Of a stretch of DNA of 64,000 nt, positions 50,020 to 59,602 are shown piece by piece. The notes beneath the pieces are model-generated. The model was given only the letters and a program-made list of their open reading frames with translations. It did not search any database and was not told where the DNA came from. The translations under genes and the position numbers were made by a program. Position 1 is the first letter of the stretch; each line of letters begins with the position of its first letter. The stretch comes from an uncultured Verrucomicrobiota bacterium (GTDB lineage: Bacteria; Verrucomicrobiota; Verrucomicrobiia; Chthoniobacterales; JACTMZ01): positions 65,957 to 129,956 of the forward strand of contig CAJBKE010000055.1 of NCBI GenBank assembly GCA_903953565.1, written 5' to 3'.

Positions 50020-50289
50020 CTATTCAAGAGGCCTGATAGGCATTGCCGAACGCCCATTCATCAATTGCTGCCAATCGGCTTCGAGCTCAGTCTGGTGCAA
50101 CTCGGCCCACGCTTCCACCAGTCTTTGCTGACGCTGCGGGAGAGACCCGGCGATAACAGCGACCGGACGAATGGTAAAAACTGCGGCATGCTCCTGATAA
50201 TAAGCGTGGAAATGCGCTTCGTGATGGCCAGCCGAGGGCTCCGCAAACATACGGATGATGATCCCGTGAAATCGCGAGAGTTCGGGCAT
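50020..50289 (-). CDS. DUF4160-family protein
   Basis: MPELSRFHGIIIRMFAEPSAGHHEAHFHAYYQEHAAVF. Confidence 0.7.
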   Translation of the reverse strand: MPELSRFHGIIIRMFAEPSAGHHEAHFHAYYQEHAAVFTIRPVAVIAGSLPQRQQRLVEAWAELHQTELEADWQQLMNGRSAMPIRPLE

Positions 50290-50298
50290 TGCTCGACC

Positions 50299-51351
50299 TC
50301 ACGCCCCGCGGGTTTTCCATGCATCGACAATTTGCTTGATTGTGTCTTCGAGCGAGATGGTGATATCCCACGCCGGATAGTCGCGGCGCATTTTGGCGAG
50401 GTTACTGATGTAGCAGATGTGGTCGCCGATGCGGTTTTCGTCGACGTAGGTGTGGATCTGCTTTTGGCCGGTGAATTTCTCGGTGATGGAAAAGGCCTCG
50501 AGAATGGAGCAGGAGTTGTCGCGTCCGCCGCCGATGTTGTAGACCTCGGCCACACGAGGAGCTTTGAGGAATTCCTCGATGAAACGGGCGACATCGTGGC
50601 TGTGGATATTGTCGCGGACCTGTTTACCTTTGTAGCCGTAGACTTTGTATTCCTTGCCCTCGAGGTTGCACTTCACGAGGTAGCTGAGGAAACCATGCAG
50701 CTCGACGCCGGAGTGGTTCGGGCCGGTGAGACATCCGCCGCGCAGGCAGCAGCTGGGCATGTTGAAGTAGCGACCGTATTCCTGGACGATGATGTCGGCC
50801 GCGGCTTTCGAGGCGCCGAAGAGTGAGTGCTTTGATTGGTCGATGGAGAAATCCTCGGCGATGCCGTCGGCGTAGGCGGGATCGTTATAGTCCCAGCGCG
50901 TCTCGAGTTCCTTGAGTTTGATGTAATTCGGACGATCGCCGTAGACCTTGTTGGTCGACATGTGGGCGAAGGGCGATTCGGGGCAAGAACGACGAACCGC
51001 CTCTAGAAGATTCAATGTGCCGACCGCATTGGTGTCGAAGTCATCGAACGGGATAGCGGCAGCGCGGTCGTGGCTGGGTTGCGCGGCGGTGTGGACGATG
51101 GCGTCGGGCTTGAGGCCCGCGATGAGATCGAGGACGCCCTGTCGATCGCGGATGTCGAGTTCGTGGTGGTGGAAATTTTTGATCAGTTTGGCCAGACGTT
51201 CCTGGTTCCAGCGGGTGTCGCCCTGCGGCCCGAAGAAAACGGCGCGCTGGTTGTTGTCGAGGCCGTGGATTTCCCATCCGAGGTCGGCGAAATGAAGACA
51301 AACTTCCGAGCCGATGAGGCCGGAGGAACCGGTGACGAGGAGTTTTTTCAT
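50299..51351 (-). CDS. NAD-dependent sugar-nucleotide epimerase/dehydratase (SDR, CDP-paratose-2-epimerase-like)
   Basis: [14 protein letters not shown] (GxxGxxG), [17 protein letters not shown], and a YxxxK-equivalent in [10 protein letters not shown]. Confidence 0.8.
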   Translation of the reverse strand: MKKLLVTGSSGLIGSEVCLHFADLGWEIHGLDNNQRAVFFGPQGDTRWNQERLAKLIKNFHHHELDIRDRQGVLDLIAGLKPDAIVHTAAQPSHDRAAAIPFDDFDTNAVGTLNLLEAVRRSCPESPFAHMSTNKVYGDRPNYIKLKELETRWDYNDPAYADGIAEDFSIDQSKHSLFGASKAAADIIVQEYGRYFNMPSCCLRGGCLTGPNHSGVELHGFLSYLVKCNLEGKEYKVYGYKGKQVRDNIHSHDVARFIEEFLKAPRVAEVYNIGGGRDNSCSILEAFSITEKFTGQKQIHTYVDENRIGDHICYISNLAKMRRDYPAWDITISLEDTIKQIVDAWKTRGA

Positions 51352-51355
51352 ATCT

Positions 51356-51418
51356 AGCGTGGAGTTTGGAGCTTGGAGCAGGGAGCCGGAAGATTGGAAC
51401 GGGAAGTTGTGAGTAAGG
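51356..51418. repeat. Nine tandem heptads AGNNNGG (minus sense CCNNNCT / CTCC-rich) abutting the epimerase start
   Basis: agcgtgg agtttgg agcttgg agcaggg agccgga agattgg aacggga agttgtg agtaagg. Confidence 0.7.
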
Positions 51419-51805
51419 CTAGGATGTTGGGCGGGTTTTCAAGGTGCGGCGGAAAGCGAAGATCATTTTGCTTTGCTGTTCCAATTCCTCAAGCAGCGGA
51501 TGGGTGTCTTTTTCGTCAAGATAGCCGTTTTTAGTAAGCAAGCTGAGCATACTAGCCACTTCGTAGACCGAGCGGCGGGAGAACTTGAGAAAGTTGGCGA
51601 AATCATCGGGTGAGTCGCTGCCGGAACCTTCAGCTATGTTGTTGGTGATACTGAGCGTCGCGGCACGGAGTTGCTCGGCAAAGCGGTGGAATTTGCGCTC
51701 GTCCAGCTTTTCAGCCAATGCGAATAGAGATGTGGTCGCGGTTGCCGCGCGCTGCCAAATCTCCAACGATTCGAACCGGAATTTTGCTTCGTTCTGCGAC
51801 TCCAT
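51419..51805 (-). CDS. Four-helix-bundle protein (23S rRNA intervening-sequence protein family)
   Basis: Start moved to [20 protein letters not shown]. Contains [18 protein letters not shown] and [18 protein letters not shown]. Confidence 0.8.
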   Translation of the reverse strand: MESQNEAKFRFESLEIWQRAATATTSLFALAEKLDERKFHRFAEQLRAATLSITNNIAEGSGSDSPDDFANFLKFSRRSVYEVASMLSLLTKNGYLDEKDTHPLLEELEQQSKMIFAFRRTLKTRPTS

Positions 51806-51834
51806 GCTCCAAGCCCCAGGCTCCATGCTTCGCT

Positions 51835-52362
51835 TCACTCCGCGGCGACTTGCTTGATCATGGGGAGGATGTCGTTGAGAAGGCGGTGCCACGTTTCGAC
51901 TTTGCCCAGACGCGTGCGTTGAAACTCGGCCTCCGGAGAGTCGTCCTCGATACTGAGCGCGAGGGACTCAAGGTGATCGCGTCCGTTTTCGAGATGCGGT
52001 TCGATGCGCATCCGCAAGATGCCCCCGGCAAGTTTGCGCAGGTTGACCTCCGCGCGGTAATGGTCCTTGCGCACCCCGGGGAGGAACACTTTTTCCACAG
52101 CACCCATTTGCCGCAGCCAATCAAGACCCTCCCATGTGCCGCCGCGGCTGGCGCTGAGCAGGGCGGTCATTTCGTCGAGATTGAGCGGACGGGAGGTGGA
52201 AAAGAGCAGACCGTAAACCTGTCCGGCCGAACGCGGCAGGGACAAGGCATCGGCCGCCCGAACAAAGAGTTCGATGGTCTGCCCCTGGAAGGTATTTAAC
52301 CCATTCCGGGCAAGCTGCCGCCCTTGGTCAACACGTCGTGTTTGAACCCCGGCAGATGACAT
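51835..52362 (-). CDS. GbsR/MarR-type winged-helix transcriptional regulator
   Basis: IELFVRAADALSLPRSAGQVYGLLFSTSRPLNLDEMTALLSASRGGTWEGLDWLRQMGAV. Confidence 0.75.
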   Translation of the reverse strand: MSSAGVQTRRVDQGRQLARNGLNTFQGQTIELFVRAADALSLPRSAGQVYGLLFSTSRPLNLDEMTALLSASRGGTWEGLDWLRQMGAVEKVFLPGVRKDHYRAEVNLRKLAGGILRMRIEPHLENGRDHLESLALSIEDDSPEAEFQRTRLGKVETWHRLLNDILPMIKQVAAE

Positions 52363-52537
52363 GGAATTAACGGCGGGAACTCGGACCTATCGAGCATCCG
52401 CAATGCCAAAACTAAACACCACCCCGGGAATTATTCAAGAAATCGTGAACGAAACCGACAGAAAGAGTGATCATTTTTTCTCATATCGTGAAAGTTCTTC
52501 TGTAGGAGTTGCCCTGAAGCCCCTAACTTGTCCGGTC

Positions 52538-53320
52538 ATGCGAAGGCTTGCGGTCTGTTTTTCGGGATTGGCTTGCCTGGTCTGCACCGCGCACTCGGTT
52601 CCACCTGCTCGCATCGTGAGCCTTGCCCCCAATCTCACCGCGATGGTTATCGAGCTAGGTGCCGGGGAGTCATTGGCGGCCGTGACGCCATTTTGCACGG
52701 CTCCGGAAAACGTGCCGCGCATTCGCGGCGGCATGCAGCCCGAAGCGGAAACTGTCCTCGCGCTCGAACCCGATCTCGTGCTGGCCTCGCCTATCACCCC
52801 CGCCCCCACCTTGCGCCAATTCCATGATCTCGGTATCCGCACCGAAGTCGTCGCAACGGGTTCGCTGGCCGAAATCCGCGCTGCGATGGACCGACTGGCT
52901 GCCGTTTGCCAAGTGACTCCGCGGCAAGCACCGCCGGTCAGGAAGGAGCGACCGTCGAAGAGCGCCGCATTACTCTTCGGAGCAGACACCGGATACAGCG
53001 CAGGATGCGGGACGCACGCGCATGAGATTCTCGAGTCGGCAGGCCTCCGCAATATCGCGGCCGAGGCGTCCGGTCCCTGGCCGCAGCTCAGCGAGGAATT
53101 CCTCCTCGCTGCAGATCCCGAGATCATCATTGTTGCCGATTATGGCAAATCGAACAAAGAGCAGTTACTTGAGTTCCTGCGCGATCACCCCTTGCGAAAA
53201 CATCTGGCCGCGGTCCGCGCCGGACGCGTGGTGATTTTTCCCGCACAAGCCTTCAGCATTCCGGGCCCGGCCGCGCTCGAAGCCGGGGACAAATTGCGGG
53301 CGGAGGTGGAGAAGTTATGA
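52538..53320 (+). CDS. ABC transporter periplasmic binding protein (BtuF / Fe3+-siderophore type)
   Basis: Start moved to MRRLAVCFSGLACLVCTAHS (signal peptide). Contains RIVSLAPNLTAMVIELGAGESLAAVT and EPDLVLAS. Confidence 0.75.
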   Translation: MRRLAVCFSGLACLVCTAHSVPPARIVSLAPNLTAMVIELGAGESLAAVTPFCTAPENVPRIRGGMQPEAETVLALEPDLVLASPITPAPTLRQFHDLGIRTEVVATGSLAEIRAAMDRLAAVCQVTPRQAPPVRKERPSKSAALLFGADTGYSAGCGTHAHEILESAGLRNIAAEASGPWPQLSEEFLLAADPEIIIVADYGKSNKEQLLEFLRDHPLRKHLAAVRAGRVVIFPAQAFSIPGPAALEAGDKLRAEVEKL

Positions 53321-54114
53321 GGACAAGCTCGAGCGTCGCGACGCTACAAGGGCGTGGCGTCCGTGCCGGATATGGAGGTTGCGAAGTGCTGCAAGGCATC
53401 GATGTCGATGTCATGCGCGGCGAGGTGCTGTCTGTGGTCGGGCCGAATGGTTGCGGCAAAAGCACACTGCTGCGCGCCGTAACTGGTCTGATTCCACTTT
53501 ACGGGGGCGAGGTGCGGATCGACGGAATTTCTTTGGCGGAGCTTTCCGCAATGCAACGCGCACGCCTTTGCGCGGTGCAACCGCAGGTTGAGGCGCCGCT
53601 CTTCGATTACACGGTCGGTCAATTCGTGTTGCTCGGACGGCATCCGCACCGCCGTTCGCTGGCTCCGGCTAGCGCGGAAGACCATGCCTCAACCTCGCGC
53701 GCACTCGAACAGACGGATTTGGCCGGGTTCGGCAAGCGCAGCATCCGTTCGTTGAGCACCGGCGAATGGCAACGCGCCCTGCTTGCTCGTGCCTTGGCGC
53801 AGGGTGCACCGCTGCTCCTGCTCGACGAACCGGCGGCGCACCTCGATCCGGGTCACCGCTTTGTCATGCATACACTGCTGCGCAAGTTGGCCCGCGAAGA
53901 GAACCGCGCGGTGCTTTGCGTCTCGCACGATCTCAATCTGGCCGCAGAGTTCAGCGACCGGATGATGATCATGTCCAAGGGCTCGGTCATTGCAACCGGT
54001 CCTCCGGATGAAGTCATGACGGAGCCACACTTGCATGCAGCCTTCCAATGCGATGCGCTGCGCGTCGGAATGAATCCCTTCACCGGACGTCCGGGAACCT
54101 TCTTTGCCTCATGA
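53317..54114 (+). CDS. ABC transporter ATP-binding protein (FecE/BtuD type)
   Basis: Walker A GPNGCGKSTLL, signature LSTGEWQR, Walker B LLLLDEPAAHLD. Confidence 0.9.
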   Translation: MRTSSSVATLQGRGVRAGYGGCEVLQGIDVDVMRGEVLSVVGPNGCGKSTLLRAVTGLIPLYGGEVRIDGISLAELSAMQRARLCAVQPQVEAPLFDYTVGQFVLLGRHPHRRSLAPASAEDHASTSRALEQTDLAGFGKRSIRSLSTGEWQRALLARALAQGAPLLLLDEPAAHLDPGHRFVMHTLLRKLAREENRAVLCVSHDLNLAAEFSDRMMIMSKGSVIATGPPDEVMTEPHLHAAFQCDALRVGMNPFTGRPGTFFAS

Positions 54115-55091
54115 GCACGACCGCGCGCTTGATCTTCCTGGCTCTTGCCTCGCTGGCCGTATTCGTCGCAGCGGTTTGCATCGGTCCGACGCAATTGCTC
54201 GACCTGCCGCGGTTGTTCGACTTGCTGCGATTCGGCGCGTCCACGCCGGAACTAGAACGCGCCTCGCTCGTCTTTTGGGAATTGCGCTTGCCGCGCGTGC
54301 TGCTCGCGGCGGCGGCCGGCGCGAATCTTGCCTTGGGTGGTCTGTTGCTCCAGGCCATTTTCCGGAATCCTCTGGCCGAACCGTATTTGCTGGGTCTGTC
54401 GTCGGGCGGTGCGCTCGGAGCCGTGATCGCCTTGGCGGCAGGAGCGACTGTTGTCACGTGGCCGGCGCTGGCCGGCAGCTTGGTCATTGCGGCTATTGTG
54501 CTCCTGATCTGCCGGCGGCGCATCGCCGCGGACTTGCCGTCCTTGCTGCTGGTCGGTGTTGCTTTGGGAGCGCTGGCCCAGGCCTTCACCACGGCGATCA
54601 TCCTGCGTTTTGATCCGGGGGCATTGCGCAGTATTCTTTTCTGGCTGATGGGCAGTTTTGCCGGCCGCGGATGGACGGAAGTTGGTATGCTTGTGCCTGC
54701 GGCCCTGATCGGCGGGGCCATCGTCTTTCTGCTGCACCGCCCGCTGGATCTGCTCGCTCTCGGCGGCGAAAGCGCGCATCACCTCGGTGTCCGCGTTTCC
54801 TTCGTGCAGACCGCAGGCATCGCACTGGCTGCCGTGCTTGCGGCAGTTACCGTAGCAGCGTGCGGAACGATCGGATTTGTCGGTCTGATGGCCCCACACT
54901 TGGCACGGCGACTGGTCGGCGCGCCGCATGGTGTGTCTGTTCCCGGCAGCATTATGGTCGGTGCGATACTCACGGTTGGCGCGGATCTCGCCGCGCGGAC
55001 TGTCTTGGCCGGAACCGAACTACCGGTCGGTGTGGTCACCGGTGCGTTCGGCTGCGTCTTTTTCCTCGCGCTGCTACACCGAAAGAACTGA
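54111..55091 (+). CDS. FecCD/BtuC-family ABC permease
   Basis: Start at MSTTARLIFLALASL (ATGA overlap with the ATPase stop). Contains LRLPRVLLAAAAGANLALGGLLLQAIFRNPLAEPYLLGLSSG. Confidence 0.85.
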   Translation: MSTTARLIFLALASLAVFVAAVCIGPTQLLDLPRLFDLLRFGASTPELERASLVFWELRLPRVLLAAAAGANLALGGLLLQAIFRNPLAEPYLLGLSSGGALGAVIALAAGATVVTWPALAGSLVIAAIVLLICRRRIAADLPSLLLVGVALGALAQAFTTAIILRFDPGALRSILFWLMGSFAGRGWTEVGMLVPAALIGGAIVFLLHRPLDLLALGGESAHHLGVRVSFVQTAGIALAAVLAAVTVAACGTIGFVGLMAPHLARRLVGAPHGVSVPGSIMVGAILTVGADLAARTVLAGTELPVGVVTGAFGCVFFLALLHRKN

Positions 55092-55101
55092 CTCTGCACG
55101 G

Positions 55102-55512
55102 ATGGTCAAAGTTAATATCCGCTACGAAGGAGGCCTGCGTTGCGCGGCAACGCACGGACCTTCCGGACAAACCCTCCACACCGACGCGCCGGTCGACAAC
55201 CACGGACGCGGCGAATCGTTCTCGCCGACCGATCTGGTGGCCACCGCACTCGGGGCGTGCATGGCCACGATCATGGGCATCGCGGCGGATCGCCATCAGA
55301 TCGACCTTCGCGGAATGGACATCGAAGTGACGAAGGAAATGTCCGCCGACTCTCCACGGCGCATTGCGAAGCTGGCAACGACCATCAAGGTGCCGCTTGC
55401 GCCGGATCATCCGCAGTGCGCACTGCTGGAAAACGCGGCACTGACCTGTCCGGTCCACAAAAGCCTGAGCAGCGAAATGGAGAAACCGGTGGATTTCCGG
55501 TGGGTTGGGTAA
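55102..55512 (+). CDS. OsmC/Ohr-family peroxiredoxin-like protein
   Basis: Start moved to MVKVNIRYEGG. Contains FSPTDLVATALGACMATIM and LTCPVHKSL (the two conserved Cys). Confidence 0.8.
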   Translation: MVKVNIRYEGGLRCAATHGPSGQTLHTDAPVDNHGRGESFSPTDLVATALGACMATIMGIAADRHQIDLRGMDIEVTKEMSADSPRRIAKLATTIKVPLAPDHPQCALLENAALTCPVHKSLSSEMEKPVDFRWVG

Positions 55513-55577
55513 GAGCGCGAAGCGCTATGCAATCAATCGTGCCGGGACGGCACGATCCACCTTGGGGCGGCTAAAAG

Positions 55578-58541
55578 CTATGCGCTGCGGCCGCAGCAGG
55601 ACTTGAACTTCTTACCGCTGCCGCAGGGGCACGGTTCGTTGCGGCCGACTTTCGGAACTTCGCGACGCACGGGCAGTTCGATTTTCAATTCACCCTGTTC
55701 GGCTGTCGTAGATTGGGACGCTGCGGGGCGCGCACCAACGCCGTCGGGTGACTCACCGCCGGAAAACTTCTGCTGCAGCTGGGAAAGGAAAGTTTCGAAC
55801 GAGGCAAGGTTCGTCGTGCTGCGGAAGAGGTTAACCAGCACTTCCCCGCGAACGCGGTCCATCAGCTCGACAAACATTTTGTAGGCCTCGCTCTTGTATT
55901 CCACGAGCGGGTCTTTTTGTCCGTAGGCACGGAGATAAACGCCCTCGCGGAGTCCATCCATCGCGTAAAGGTGCTCCTGCCAGAGGCGGTCGATGGCGTT
56001 GAGCATGATGTAACGCTCGAGCATCTTGAGCGCGTCGCCCTGCTCGTGTCCGGCTTTCAGCTCGTAGGCCGCTTTGATTTTCTCGACGAGGAACTTTCCG
56101 TTTTCCTCGACGGAGCGCGTCTCGAATTGCGCGGTTTCTTTTTTGAGACCGAGCGGGAAGGTCTGGTTCACCCACTGGAGCAGGTCGTCGTAATCCGGCT
56201 CGCCCTTCTCGCCGGGCTCGAGCAGGTCCTCGACTTTCTTCGGGACCATCTCATCGATGACCTCGTAAACCATGGCGCGCGGGTTGTCCGTCTCGATGGC
56301 TTCGTTGCGGTAGCCGTAGATGACCGCACGCTGCTGGTTCATCACATCGTCGAACTCGAGCGTGCGTTTGCGGATGAGATAATTGCGCTGCTCGACGCGT
56401 TTCTGGGCAGTTTCGACACTCTTGTTGAGCCACGGATGCTCCAGTTCCTCGCCCTCCTCCATGCCGAAGCGCTCCATGATCTTGGTCATGCGGTCGGCCG
56501 CGCCGAAATTGCGCATGAGGTCGTCTTCGAAACTGACAAAAAACTGCGAGCTGCCCGGATCGCCTTGGCGCGCGCAACGTCCGCGCAGCTGTCGGTCGAT
56601 ACGGCGGGATTCGTGGCGTTCGGTGCCGATGACGTGGAGGCCGCCGAGATCCGGAACGCCGGAGCCGAGTTTGATGTCCGTGCCGCGGCCGGCCATGTTG
56701 GTCGAAATGGTCACCGTGCCAGGCTGTCCGGCGCGCGAGACGATCTCTGCTTCCTGCAGGTGGAACTTGGCGTTGAGAACGTTGTGCGGGATCTTTTCGC
56801 GTTTGAGCATGCGACTCAAAAGCTCGGATGATTCCACGCTGGCTGTGCCGACCAGCACGGGTTGCTTGTCGGCGTGGCGCTTTCTTATCTGCTCGATGAC
56901 TGCGTTGTATTTCTCGCGGCGCGTCTTGTAGATGCGGTCGTTGGAGTCCTTGCGGGAGACGGCGCGGTTGGTCGGGATGACCACGACATCGAGAGCGTAG
57001 ATATCATGGAATTCGTTGGCCTCGGTCTCGGCCGTGCCCGTCATGCCGCCGAGCTTTTCGTAGAGCCGGAAGTAATTCTGGATGGTGATGGTGGCCAGCG
57101 TCTGCGTCTCGCGGTCGATCTGCACACCCTCCTTGGCTTCCACGGCCTGATGCAATCCGTCGCTCCAACGGCGTCCGGGCATTTTGCGACCGGTGAACTG
57201 GTCGACAATGAGGACTTTGTTTTCCTCCACGACGTATTCGACGTCTTTCTCGTAGAGACAATAGGCCTTGAGCAGTTGCGAGATATTGTGGATGCGCTCG
57301 GCTTGCGCGTCGAAGTGCTGCTGCTTCTTCGCTTTGGCTTCGATCTTGTCCTTGTCGGTGAGGGATGCATCGAGATCAATGTCGGTGAACTCGTTGATCA
57401 GGTCGGGCAGCACGAACGCATCGGGATCATCCGGGTTCATGTACGAGCGGCCTTTTTCCGTAAGGTCGGCTTCGTGCTGGCGCTCTTCGATCGTGTAGAA
57501 GAGCTCTTCCTTCAGGGCGACGAGCGCTTCTTTGTTGGTGTCCTGGTAGAAGGCGAGCTCGGCTTTATCGAGCAGCTTGCGCATTTCGGGTTCCTCCATG
57601 AGGCGGAGAAGACCTTTGTTGCGCGGTTCGCCGAGTTTGACTTTGAAGAGCGCGCGTCCGGCTTCCTCATTGTCCCCTTTTTCCAGAAGCTCTTTCACGT
57701 CGGTGACGAGACGGCTGCAGAGCATGGATTGTTTGCGCACGAGCTGGTCGACGAGCGGCTTGAACCGGTCGTATTGGTGCGTCGAAACGGTCGCCGGGCC
57801 GCTGATGATGAGAGGCGTGCGGGCCTCGTCGATGAGGATGGAATCCACTTCGTCGACGATCGCGAAGTAGTGCCCGCGCTGCACCTGCTGCTCCTTCGAA
57901 GTGGCCATGCCATTGTCGCGCAGGTAATCGAAGCCGAACTCGCTGTTCGTGCCGTAGGTGATGTCGCAGGCGTATTGCGCGCGACGGACATCCGGCGGCT
58001 GGTCGTGCTGAATGACACCGACGGTCAATCCGAGAAAACGGTAAATCTCACCGACCCACTCGGCATCGCGGCGGGCCAGGTAATCGTTGACCGTGACAAG
58101 GTGCGAACCGCGTCCGGCCAGCGCGTTGAGAAAAAGCGGCAAGGTGGCGACGAGCGTCTTGCCTTCGCCGGTGGCCATTTCGGCGATGCGTCCGCTGTGC
58201 AGGACCATGCCGCCGATGAGCTGGACGTCGAAGTGGACCATTTGCCATTCGATGGGATGATCGACCACGCTGACGGTGCGACCGCAGAGGCGGCGGGCGG
58301 TGTTTTTCACCATGGCAAAAGCCTCGGGCAGAATCTGGTCGAGAGCCGCCTGCTGCTCCTTGTAGTCCTCGATGGCCGAGATGCGCGCCTTCCATCCGGC
58401 GGTCTTGGCCCGCAGTTCGTCGTCCGAGAGCGATTGGTATTCCTGCTCCAGCTCGTTGATTCTGCGCACGATCGGCATCATGCGCTTGATCTCGCGCTGG
58501 TTTTTCGAGCCGATGATTTTCTTGATGATGAAATTGACCAT
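55578..58541 (-). CDS. secA: Preprotein translocase ATPase SecA
   Basis: Start at [21 protein letters not shown]. Contains [33 protein letters not shown] and the C-terminal zinc motif [14 protein letters not shown]. Confidence 0.95.
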   Translation of the reverse strand: MVNFIIKKIIGSKNQREIKRMMPIVRRINELEQEYQSLSDDELRAKTAGWKARISAIEDYKEQQAALDQILPEAFAMVKNTARRLCGRTVSVVDHPIEWQMVHFDVQLIGGMVLHSGRIAEMATGEGKTLVATLPLFLNALAGRGSHLVTVNDYLARRDAEWVGEIYRFLGLTVGVIQHDQPPDVRRAQYACDITYGTNSEFGFDYLRDNGMATSKEQQVQRGHYFAIVDEVDSILIDEARTPLIISGPATVSTHQYDRFKPLVDQLVRKQSMLCSRLVTDVKELLEKGDNEEAGRALFKVKLGEPRNKGLLRLMEEPEMRKLLDKAELAFYQDTNKEALVALKEELFYTIEERQHEADLTEKGRSYMNPDDPDAFVLPDLINEFTDIDLDASLTDKDKIEAKAKKQQHFDAQAERIHNISQLLKAYCLYEKDVEYVVEENKVLIVDQFTGRKMPGRRWSDGLHQAVEAKEGVQIDRETQTLATITIQNYFRLYEKLGGMTGTAETEANEFHDIYALDVVVIPTNRAVSRKDSNDRIYKTRREKYNAVIEQIRKRHADKQPVLVGTASVESSELLSRMLKREKIPHNVLNAKFHLQEAEIVSRAGQPGTVTISTNMAGRGTDIKLGSGVPDLGGLHVIGTERHESRRIDRQLRGRCARQGDPGSSQFFVSFEDDLMRNFGAADRMTKIMERFGMEEGEELEHPWLNKSVETAQKRVEQRNYLIRKRTLEFDDVMNQQRAVIYGYRNEAIETDNPRAMVYEVIDEMVPKKVEDLLEPGEKGEPDYDDLLQWVNQTFPLGLKKETAQFETRSVEENGKFLVEKIKAAYELKAGHEQGDALKMLERYIMLNAIDRLWQEHLYAMDGLREGVYLRAYGQKDPLVEYKSEAYKMFVELMDRVRGEVLVNLFRSTTNLASFETFLSQLQQKFSGGESPDGVGARPAASQSTTAEQGELKIELPVRREVPKVGRNEPCPCGSGKKFKSCCGRSA

Positions 58542-58658
58542 AACGACGCCCGCGCCGGGGCGCGAAAACCTCCAAAATATCCGTCCGCCCCGCCCCCGCA
58601 AAGAAAATTGGGTCCTGCGGACTTGCCCAAAGCGGCCGGCCGCGTGAATTTGGCGACC

Positions 58659-59366
58659 ATGAAAACCGCCTTCCTTGCCCTCCTTCTGACCCTACCGGCC
58701 GTGGCCCTCGGCCAAAATCCGCCCCAACCCCCGGGCACGAACCCGATGGCAGCCTTCGCCGGCATGCTTCAAGCCTTCCAAGGAACCAACAACAATGACC
58801 CCTCCGCTCCCGGCATGGGCGGCGACATGATGGCGGCCGCCGCCCAATTCATGAACGCGCTGCAGGGAGGAACGAACAACCCGCTGGCCGCGATGGGCAG
58901 CAAAACGGCGGTTGATTTCCGCGAGTTGCGGGCACTTTTGCCCGCGGAGGCCGCCGGCCTGCGCCGCACTGATGCGAACGGACGCAAAACCGGCGCCTTC
59001 GGCGTCAATGTTTCCGAAGCCACCGGACAATACGGCGAGGGCGAAGGTCCGCGCCTCGAAATCAAAATCACCGATCTCGGGGCCATGGGTCCGGCTGCAG
59101 GCATGGCGAGCATTGGCTGGACGGCCACCGAAGTCGACAGCGAGGGCGATCGAGGCTACGAGCGCACCACGAAATATCAGGGCCGCAAGGGAATCGAACA
59201 ATACCGCACCGCCGACAAATCGGGCTCGGCCAAAGTGATGGCCGGAGGCCGCTTCATGGTGGAAATCAGCGGCAAAAATATCGAACCGGCACAACTCCAA
59301 GCAGCCGCCGAATCGGTCGACCTCGGGGCCTTGGAACGCCTGGCGAACCGGCCGCAAATCGAATAA
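58659..59366 (+). CDS. Secreted hypothetical protein
   Basis: Only the last 235 aa of track ORF 56862..59366 are plausible (the rest is antisense to secA). It starts with [19 protein letters not shown] (signal peptide). Confidence 0.55.
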   Translation: MKTAFLALLLTLPAVALGQNPPQPPGTNPMAAFAGMLQAFQGTNNNDPSAPGMGGDMMAAAAQFMNALQGGTNNPLAAMGSKTAVDFRELRALLPAEAAGLRRTDANGRKTGAFGVNVSEATGQYGEGEGPRLEIKITDLGAMGPAAGMASIGWTATEVDSEGDRGYERTTKYQGRKGIEQYRTADKSGSAKVMAGGRFMVEISGKNIEPAQLQAAAESVDLGALERLANRPQIE

Positions 59367-59402
59367 CGCCAGCTCCCAAAAGGTTTCAGGCGTTGATTGG
59401 AG

Positions 59403-59532
59403 AGTGGATCGCGATGTTTGCCTAGGGGCCATCTGCGCTCCGCTTCGGTTCCATCGCGACTGCCAGGCTGAAATATCGCGCCGGGCTCCCGGCTCGTAGA
59501 GCCTACAGCTCGGAGAGACGGCGCGATCCACC
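59403..59532. mobile_element. R5 MITE-like element carrying a nested R3-type element
   Basis: The termini are (a)GTGGATCGCG .. CGCGATCCACC. The interior matches the copy at 11551-11649 in reverse complement. The extra ~40 nt ccgggctcccggctcgtagagcctacagctcggagagacgg (59479-59520) is an inverted R3 core. Confidence 0.55.
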
Positions 59533-59602
59533 TTGCAAGACGTCCGGAAACTTTTCGCGGACAACCATACGGGCAGATTAGCTTCGTGCGGGGTCAATCG
59601 TC

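Noticed and set aside
52363-52537. Cobalamin riboswitch upstream of the BtuF-like binding-protein gene.
   Set aside because: Only weak fragments (GGGAA.., ..GTGAACGAAACC) are present. The conserved B12-box and the GC-rich pairing core are absent. The region looks like an AT-rich divergent promoter shared with the GbsR-type regulator.
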